Assembly: GCA_963787025.1 (NCBI GenBank)
Contig: CAWBBG010000002.1
Coordinates: 14,444-78,443, forward strand
Reading direction: 5' to 3'
Source of the DNA: an uncultured Chloroflexia bacterium
GTDB lineage: Bacteria; Chloroflexota; Limnocylindria; QHBO01
DNA length: 64,000 nucleotides
The notes beneath the pieces were generated by a model. That model was not told where the DNA came from, did not search any database, and worked only from the letters and a program-made list of their open reading frames with translations. Shown piece by piece: positions 58,094 through 64,000 of the stretch. A program made the position numbers and the translations under genes. The first letter of the stretch is position 1; every line of letters starts with the position of its first letter.

Positions 58094-59647
58094 TCAGGGT
58101 TTGGCGATGTAGCGGAACTTGATGCGCTTCTCGCCGCCCACGAAGGGGCCCTCGCCACGGGCGTAGAGCTCCACGACCACGGGCATCAGTGCCGGGTACT
58201 CGCCGAACGCCTCGCGGTAGTCGCGGTTCATGGAGCGAAGGTGCGAGGTCAGCAGCTCCGCCACCTGCGCTCGGAACGCCTCGTCGGGCGCATCCCGCAG
58301 CAGCTGCACCGCCACCCGCGGGCGCGTCTCCCCGGGCCGATCTTCCATCACCGAGAGCTGGTACGACAGCACCCGCGCGGCCACCGACTCATCGGAGTAG
58401 ATGGCGGACTCGATGTCCTCCGGGTAGATGTTGGCTCCCATCACCGAGACGGTGGAGTCCTTGCGCCCGAACACGAACAGGTATGGCATCCGGATCAGCC
58501 GCCGTCCGCCGGCGGGCACCAGCGACTCGAGCTCCACGCCCACCGTCGACAGCCGTTCCCGCATCTGGTCGTCGCGCAGGACCCCGCCCTCGTCGTGCGG
58601 GTTGTAGCGGATCTTGGGCGAGAGGGTCGCGTGGCGCGCCACGGTGAAGAGGAGCTCGCGCTCCGTATTCGTCTCGATGTGGTGGAAGAACGGGTTGAAC
58701 TGGAAGACCATCGGCGACCGATCCGCCTCGCCAAAGACCGCCTCGGCCACATCGGGCCGCTCCAGCGCCAGGCGTCGGAGTGCGATGGAGACCGGGGTTT
58801 CGGCCGCCAGGCCGATCTCGACATCGGTCACGCCGTAGCCTGAATAGACCGATGCGAAGTGCCGGCCCAGGTAGGTGCGCAGCGACTCGGAGTTGCCCTC
58901 GCCACCCAGCAGGGCGGACATGGTGTATGCGGACCAGTCGAGCCCGCGCCGCTCGCCCTCGTCCAGGAGGACCTTGAGGAACGGCGGGTAGCCCACGATG
59001 AGATACCGATGCCGCGGCCCCAGCTCGACCAGGGTGTCGAGCACCTTGTCGAGGTCCGGCCCCGTGGGCTTGACCAGGCCACGCTCCTCCAGCGCGGCAG
59101 CGGTGGTCATGCCCGTGGCCCAGGCGCCCATGGAGAACGTGTTGAGGACCACCAGCGGCCGGTCGCCGAACGTGTAGCGGGCGAAGAAGGCGATCATCCG
59201 CCGCACGTGGCGCCGCTCCTCCGCGCCGCGGGCCCAGTTGTAGGGCGTGCCCGTGGAGCCGGAGCTCTCGTCGATGGTGGTGCCCACCAGCGGCAGACGC
59301 CCGTCCACGCAGCGCTGGGTGAGCGGGTAGGGATCGATGTAGCGCTTCTTGTCGGTCTCGGGCAGGTCCCGCAGGTTGCGGATGTGGTCCGGGTTCAGGC
59401 CGGCCTTCTGCAGGAAGTCGCGGTAGGCAGGGACGTGGCGCCCGGCATCGCGGGCGGCCCTGAGAGCGCGGGCCTGGCTGAAGGCGTCCGCCGGCCCGGG
59501 CGGCATGACCTCCAGGAACCATTGGAGGGCGCCGTATCGGCGGGCCACGCTGCGCAGCAGGATCTCCAGGGCCCACTGGGAGACGGGGCCGGGCAGCGGC
59601 CCCCGGCGCGTGGTTGACGCTGGTTGGGACGCTGCGGACGCGGCCAT
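58094..59647 (-). CDS. Adenylate-forming enzyme (PaaK / coenzyme F390 synthetase-like)
   Basis: ATG at 59647 lies 5 nt after AGAGGAGGG. AMP-binding motif TIDESSGSTGTPY and a PaaK-like architecture. The ORF track start at 59683 is an alternative. Confidence 0.8.
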   Translation of the reverse strand: MAASAASQPASTTRRGPLPGPVSQWALEILLRSVARRYGALQWFLEVMPPGPADAFSQARALRAARDAGRHVPAYRDFLQKAGLNPDHIRNLRDLPETDKKRYIDPYPLTQRCVDGRLPLVGTTIDESSGSTGTPYNWARGAEERRHVRRMIAFFARYTFGDRPLVVLNTFSMGAWATGMTTAAALEERGLVKPTGPDLDKVLDTLVELGPRHRYLIVGYPPFLKVLLDEGERRGLDWSAYTMSALLGGEGNSESLRTYLGRHFASVYSGYGVTDVEIGLAAETPVSIALRRLALERPDVAEAVFGEADRSPMVFQFNPFFHHIETNTERELLFTVARHATLSPKIRYNPHDEGGVLRDDQMRERLSTVGVELESLVPAGGRRLIRMPYLFVFGRKDSTVSVMGANIYPEDIESAIYSDESVAARVLSYQLSVMEDRPGETRPRVAVQLLRDAPDEAFRAQVAELLTSHLRSMNRDYREAFGEYPALMPVVVELYARGEGPFVGGEKRIKFRYIAKP

Positions 59648-59719
59648 CGGGCCCTCCTCTCGCGGTAGGCGCCCAGTCTCCACCCATTTCGCGCGAACGC
59701 AAGAGCCGATGGTCGCCGC

Positions 59720-59988
59720 CTAGTGCGGATGCCCTCCCCAGGCCTGCCCGGCCAACGCGGCCACGTTGATCGCCCGCTGCAGCTCGTCGTCGCTGAGGCG
59801 GGTACCGGCTTCCCGGCAAGGATCCGCGCTTCGCATGACGCGCAGACATACGTCCGGGCGCCATCGGGGTGCGCGATCACCCGCCGGTCGGAGAAGAGGA
59901 CGCTGCCCGCTGCGGTCTCGTCGCCGCATACCTCGCAGACTTCGACCGGCTGCGGGTGACTGCGTGATGTCGATGGATCGGATGCCAT
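59720..59988 (-). pseudogene. Small CxxC..CxxC zinc-ribbon protein, probable indel near 59815
   Basis: ATG at 59988 follows GAGGGGG. Contains VCEVCGDE..(n)..VCASCEAR. A plausible C-terminus (..LSDDELQRAINVAALAGQAWGGHPH*) is in the frame of ORF 59720..59929. Confidence 0.5.
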
Positions 59989-60351
59989 CGCAAACCCCCT
60001 CGTGGTCGCGTCGCTCCCTGGCTCCGCGTTCCGGGCTGAACAGTGGTCGGCTCCGTCCTGCGCGTCAAGGCCCGGGTTGCGGCCATCAGCCGATGCGACC
60101 GGGGCGCTTTTCGCGGCCGGTGATGGCCGCGGCCGGCACTGCGCTTGCCGCGTCCCCCGACATTCCAGTCCCGCTAGCACTGCGACCATCGGGCGTCGCA
60201 CCAGCCGCCGCACGGCCGTCGCGCCGGCCGCCGGGCCGTCGTTTGGCTAGCCACACTAGCCGGGCGTCGGAGGTGGGTTCAATCGGCCGGTGCTCAGTCG
60301 ACGTACGTCCAGCCAGGCAAGAATCCGCGCCTGAGGATCCAGGAGGTCGGA

Positions 60352-61005
60352 TCAGACGAAGACGAGACCGTTCGACGCGGGCACGTGCCCCTGCTGGAGC
60401 GCACGAAGCACCAGGCGCGGCCGCAACGGGAAGGCGGGCGTGAGCGTGGGTGTCGCCGCGGCCACGGCGGCGCGATTGTGGCGGGAATCGGCCAGGATCA
60501 GCACCATCCGGTCGAGGCCAGCGGCCTGCTGCTTGAGCAGGGCTGCGCGGACCTGGGCCTGCGCGTCGGTCAGCCGAGTGATGATCTCCAGCCCTACCGA
60601 GCGGCCGGCGCGGCGGATCACGGCGTCGACGGCACGCCTGTCCCGCGGATCCCGCGACACCGGCGCCTCTGTTCGCCAGGACCACCGCTCGCCGATGCGG
60701 ACGCGGGCGCGCGCCAGGACGCGCAGCTGGCCTGCGTCACGCAACGGTGATCCACCCAGAAAGGATCGGAACGTGACATCGAGCCCGACAGCCGATCCCC
60801 ACATCACGGCGCGAACCGGATCGGGCATACCCACGCCACGCTCCCACTGCGACACGAGCTGGTGCGAGACCGCCAGTGCCCGCGCCACCCTTCGCTGGGA
60901 GAGGCCGGTGGCAAGGCGAGCTGCGCGCAGGTCGCGGACCAGCTCGCCAAGCTGCCACTGACCGCGCCGGCGCGCCTCGCTCATGGGGTCGCGGCGGACG
61001 GACAT
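60352..61005 (-). CDS. XRE-family HTH protein with a C-terminal domain of unknown function
   Basis: HTH region (LRAARLATGLSQRRVARALAVSHQLVSQWERG). The ~130-aa C-terminal domain is not recognised. Confidence 0.75.
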   Translation of the reverse strand: MSVRRDPMSEARRRGQWQLGELVRDLRAARLATGLSQRRVARALAVSHQLVSQWERGVGMPDPVRAVMWGSAVGLDVTFRSFLGGSPLRDAGQLRVLARARVRIGERWSWRTEAPVSRDPRDRRAVDAVIRRAGRSVGLEIITRLTDAQAQVRAALLKQQAAGLDRMVLILADSRHNRAAVAAATPTLTPAFPLRPRLVLRALQQGHVPASNGLVFV

Positions 61006-61045
61006 GCGGTCAGCGTGCCGCGTTGGGTGTTACGCGGTCCTTACC

Positions 61046-61114
61046 GACGAGTTTGGCGGATGGGTTCTGGCTGACGAGTTCTGGCGCATGGGTTCTGGCG
61101 GATGGGTTCTAGCG
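61046..61114. repeat. ~27-nt tandem repeat, 2.5 copies (iteron-like) just upstream of the XRE gene
   Basis: GACGAGTTTGGCGGATGGGTTCTGGCT / GACGAGTTCTGGCGCATGGGTTCTGGCG / GATGGGTTCTAGCG. Confidence 0.7.
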
Positions 61115-61324
61115 AAGCTAGCCGTCTGCCCACGGTCGCGTGCGACCGCCGCGAAGTGGCAAGCCCACCTAGCCGGGCGACGGAGGAACGGCGAATGCGC
61201 CGCCGCCGATGGTCACAACACTAGCCCCACCAGAATCGTGGCGGTGGCAGACCGTGGGGTGCGTGGGAGCGCCAGGACGCCAGGCCCGGGGAGGGCCTGG
61301 CGTCGAGGGCCGGGGATGCGAGGG

Positions 61325-62225
61325 TCAGTCGGTCAGGTTCAGGTACAGCCCGACGAAGTCGTAGGCCTCCTGGTTGTCCACGCGCCACGAGTAGTCCGCC
61401 CCGTGGCAGGTGTTGCTGTCGCCGTACGAGACGACCGCCACGACCTGGTTCGTGCCGTTCACGAAGAGCGGTCCACCGGAGTCACCGAAGCACGAGCCGC
61501 CCGTCCCGCCAATGGGGCTGGGGTTGTTGAGGGTGTGCAGGTTGCCGCCCTTCGACGCGTGCCCGTTGACCTCCACGATGCGGGAGGTCGACTTGTACCG
61601 CGACGCGACATCCATGGGATGCGGCTGGATGGCCTGGATCCCGTAGCCCACCGTCTCGACCAGCGAGTAGTTGCGGTTCTTGGCGGTCTTGGCAAGTTCG
61701 TCGACGGTTCCAGATGGGCGCCAGCTCCCCGTACTGCGACATGGTGACGCCGCCGGAGTCCAGTACGACGACGCCGTCATCGTAATTCACCGGGAACTGC
61801 GCGAAGTTGGCGTACAGCGGGTTCGGATGCGAGACGCCGCGCACGTAGCCGTTCTCGTTGAGCCACTTCGCGCGAGCCTTGTAGAGCGTGCCCTCGTCGA
61901 TGCCGGGGGTGCGGGCCGGCCAGCCGGCGAGGACATCGGTCTCGGCGAAGGTGACCCACACGTCGGTGCCGCCGCTGGGGCCGATATCAACGCCTCCGCT
62001 CCCGATGTCGATGGTGCAGTGGCCCGCTGTCAGGAAGACCGTGGGGCTCAGCAGCGTGCCGGAGCAGCTGTACCAGCCGGGCTCCGAGGCGTCGAAGAAG
62101 ATCATGAAGCCCACGTACGGGTGCGCGCCCTCATCGGGCTGGCCGTAGGTGATGGCGGACACGGGGGCGGCAGCGAAAATCAGCACCGCGGCCGCGGCGA
62201 TGAGCGCCGTCTTGAGTCTGGTCAC
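61325..62225 (-). pseudogene. Secreted trypsin-like (S1) serine protease, 1-nt insertion near 61715
   Basis: GTG at 62225 lies 5 nt after GGAGGA. Signal peptide, catalytic His LTAGHC and catalytic Ser GDSGGP. The two halves are in ORFs 61482..62345 and 61325..61780. Confidence 0.8.
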
Positions 62226-62460
62226 GTTGATCCTCCAGGCGGTGTCTCGTCCGTCGCGGTGGATGAGCGGAGGCCAAGCATAGCCGCGGAGCCTCGCTCC
62301 CGGCCCGCGTGCGCAGCGGATTCCGGTGCGCGCTGTCACTACCATCCAGGTGGCCGATGAGGTCCGACCGTGAGCACGGTCCGGTGGTCACGCAGCGGCG
62401 AGCGAGATGCAGCGGCGGGGCGCGTTTGGTCATGTCGGCCACCTTCCCTCCGGTGCCGAT

Positions 62461-62603
62461 GTGTTCGTCTGACGAACGTTGTGACCGGCGGGAGGTCGCC
62501 ACGAGGCCCTTGCGTCGTCCTCCGGTTCGCTGGCCGAGCACCCTGACCGGCGGGCCCGCGCAGCGTGAGCCCCCGGCGGTCACAGGGCTTGCCTGACGAA
62601 CAC
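62461..62603 (+). mobile_element. ~143-nt inverted-repeat (MITE/REP-like) element, copy A
   Basis: The ends GTGTTCGTC...GACGAACAC are complementary, and the inner arms TGTGACCGG / CCGGCGGTCACA can pair. By eye, about 70% identical to copy B, and 28/31 over the left arm. Confidence 0.5.
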
Positions 62604-62651
62604 AGGACCCGCGTGGCGGCGCTCAGGGCGCGGGGCCGATGCCCACGCGGC

Positions 62652-63770
62652 TCAGGGCAGGAAGCGAGCGGGATCCAGTTCGGGCGGGATGAATGGCCTC
62701 CGGCCAAGGATGTGATCCACCACCAGCCGGGCCGATGCGGGCCCCGTGGAGATCCCCCACGGGCCGTGCCCCGCACACACGAACAAGCCGCCAATCCCCG
62801 GCACAGCGCCGATGAGCGGCCGCCCGTCGGCGCTCATGGGCCGGGCGCAGGCGCGAACACCACGGATGGGCGCATCCTCGACGCCGGGCACGAAGCGCGA
62901 CGCGCGCACCAGGACGGGCTCGATCCAGGCCTCGGGATCCGGCTCGTCCGCGAGGAACGTGGCGCCCACGGCGCTGGTGTCCGCAAACGGAACCAGGCTG
63001 AAGTCCTGCTCCGGCCCGGCCTCCTCGCCGGCAAGCATCGAGCCGATGCCCGCCTCTTCCAGGATGTGGCGCGGGGGAGCGGCTACGTCTGCCTCCACCA
63101 CGACACCCCAGCGGGGCGCGATGGGCACGCCACGCCCCAGCGGTTCCAGCAGCTCGGAGGTCCAGGGGCCGGTGGCGACCAGCACCGCATCGGCGGGGAT
63201 GGCCTGGCCGCCAACCTGCACGCCGGCCACCACGCCCCCGCGCACCGCCAGCCGGGCGGCTCGCCCCTGGCGGATGACCGCCCCGCGCGCCTCGGCCAGG
63301 GTCGCGTAGGCATAGGTGGAGGCGCCGGGTGCCACCGGGTAGCCGATATCGGCGCGGCATGCCCAGAGGCCCTCGGCGAGGGCAGGCTCCAGCCGACGCA
63401 GGTCGTCGCCGCCCAGGACATCGGTCCGGACGTGGTCGAAGGTCGTCGTGATCTCCGCGGCCTCGGCGCGGACCACGTCCTCGTCCGGGGTGACGAACAG
63501 CATCCCGACGGGCTCATCGGGCAGGTGGAAGCCGGATCCAGGTGTGGAGAGCTCGCGGTAGAGCGCCACCGTCTCGTGGTAGAGCGGGTCCAGCACCGGG
63601 TCGAACGGGTGCTGGACGATCCCCTGGTTCGCGCCCGAGGCGCCGGAGGCAAGACCCTCGCGCTCCACGAGGGTCACCCTCACGCCGGCATCGGCCAGGA
63701 AGGCGGCAGCCGAGGTGCCCACGATGCCACCGCCAATGATCACCACGTCGGTCGCGCGCGCGAAGCTCAC
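62652..63770 (-). CDS. FAD-dependent oxidoreductase (DAO family, glycine/D-amino-acid oxidase-like)
   Basis: Dinucleotide fold DVVIIGGGIVGTSAA, and ..CAGHGPWGIS.. near the C-terminus. Confidence 0.85.
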   Translation of the reverse strand: MSFARATDVVIIGGGIVGTSAAAFLADAGVRVTLVEREGLASGASGANQGIVQHPFDPVLDPLYHETVALYRELSTPGSGFHLPDEPVGMLFVTPDEDVVRAEAAEITTTFDHVRTDVLGGDDLRRLEPALAEGLWACRADIGYPVAPGASTYAYATLAEARGAVIRQGRAARLAVRGGVVAGVQVGGQAIPADAVLVATGPWTSELLEPLGRGVPIAPRWGVVVEADVAAPPRHILEEAGIGSMLAGEEAGPEQDFSLVPFADTSAVGATFLADEPDPEAWIEPVLVRASRFVPGVEDAPIRGVRACARPMSADGRPLIGAVPGIGGLFVCAGHGPWGISTGPASARLVVDHILGRRPFIPPELDPARFLP

Positions 63771-63799
63771 CTGCAGAGGGTACTCGTCCGGCGTGCCGC

Positions 63800-64000
63800 C
63801 TAGACGCCGATGGCGAACGTCACCTGCACGTCCACCTCGAGGTCCGTGGTGCCCGCCTGGATGGGGGTCGCCGCGTCCGCCGCGGCCCGCAGGTCACCGG
63901 TCATGTAGGGCACCGGCGCCGGCGCGGACACTTCCGTGATGAAGATCACCGAGCCCAGCGAGACGCCGGCGGCCTGGGCCAGGGCGGTGGCGCGCTTCTT
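63800..64000 (-). CDS. SIMPL/DUF541-domain protein, C-terminal part (5' end lies outside the window)
   Basis: Open to the window edge. The C-terminus ..AQAAGVSLGSVIFITE..PIQAGTTDLEVDVQVTFAIGV* fits the SIMPL pattern. Confidence 0.7.
   Translation of the reverse strand, partial: KKRATALAQAAGVSLGSVIFITEVSAPAPVPYMTGDLRAAADAATPIQAGTTDLEVDVQVTFAIGV

Overview
A 64-kb, roughly 70% GC chromosomal segment, probably from an Actinomycetota-like, high-GC Gram-positive organism. Supporting signs are a DUF3090 gene, TANNNT -10 boxes placed for leaderless starts, and an LPXTG-like surface protein. I can support about 65 protein genes and one tRNA-Val. I see no rRNA, CRISPR array, integrase or transposase. 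Most content is housekeeping or accessory metabolism and stress response: TldD/PmbA, an MFS transporter with a GT2 glycosyltransferase, NirK with a divergent Rrf2 regulator, ribokinase, ArgF, a P-type ATPase, PdxH, LigD, MsrB, a MacAB-like efflux module with a two-component system, an ABC-2 exporter, and two ECF sigma modules. Three points stand out. (1) About 30 one-base indels break genes whose fragments still read as well-conserved protein. They fall in four patches, which points to consensus errors rather than old pseudogenes, though only reads can settle this. (2) Two diverged copies of a ~145-nt inverted-repeat element bracket a 4.4-kb four-gene cassette; one copy has a 10-bp flanking direct repeat. 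The cassette carries an adenylate-forming enzyme, a Zn-ribbon protein, an XRE regulator with iterons and CTAG motifs, and a secreted S1 protease. (3) Several unusual gene pairings or fusions occur: an XRE-HTH/TPR regulator followed by a promoter- and terminator-bounded ~100-nt unit, DUF3090 next to a CX5R phosphatase, a DoxX-Rieske fusion, an ECF sigma fused to a ZAS domain, and a stand-alone 1184-aa nuclease-helicase. All family names come from motif recognition by eye; no searches were run.
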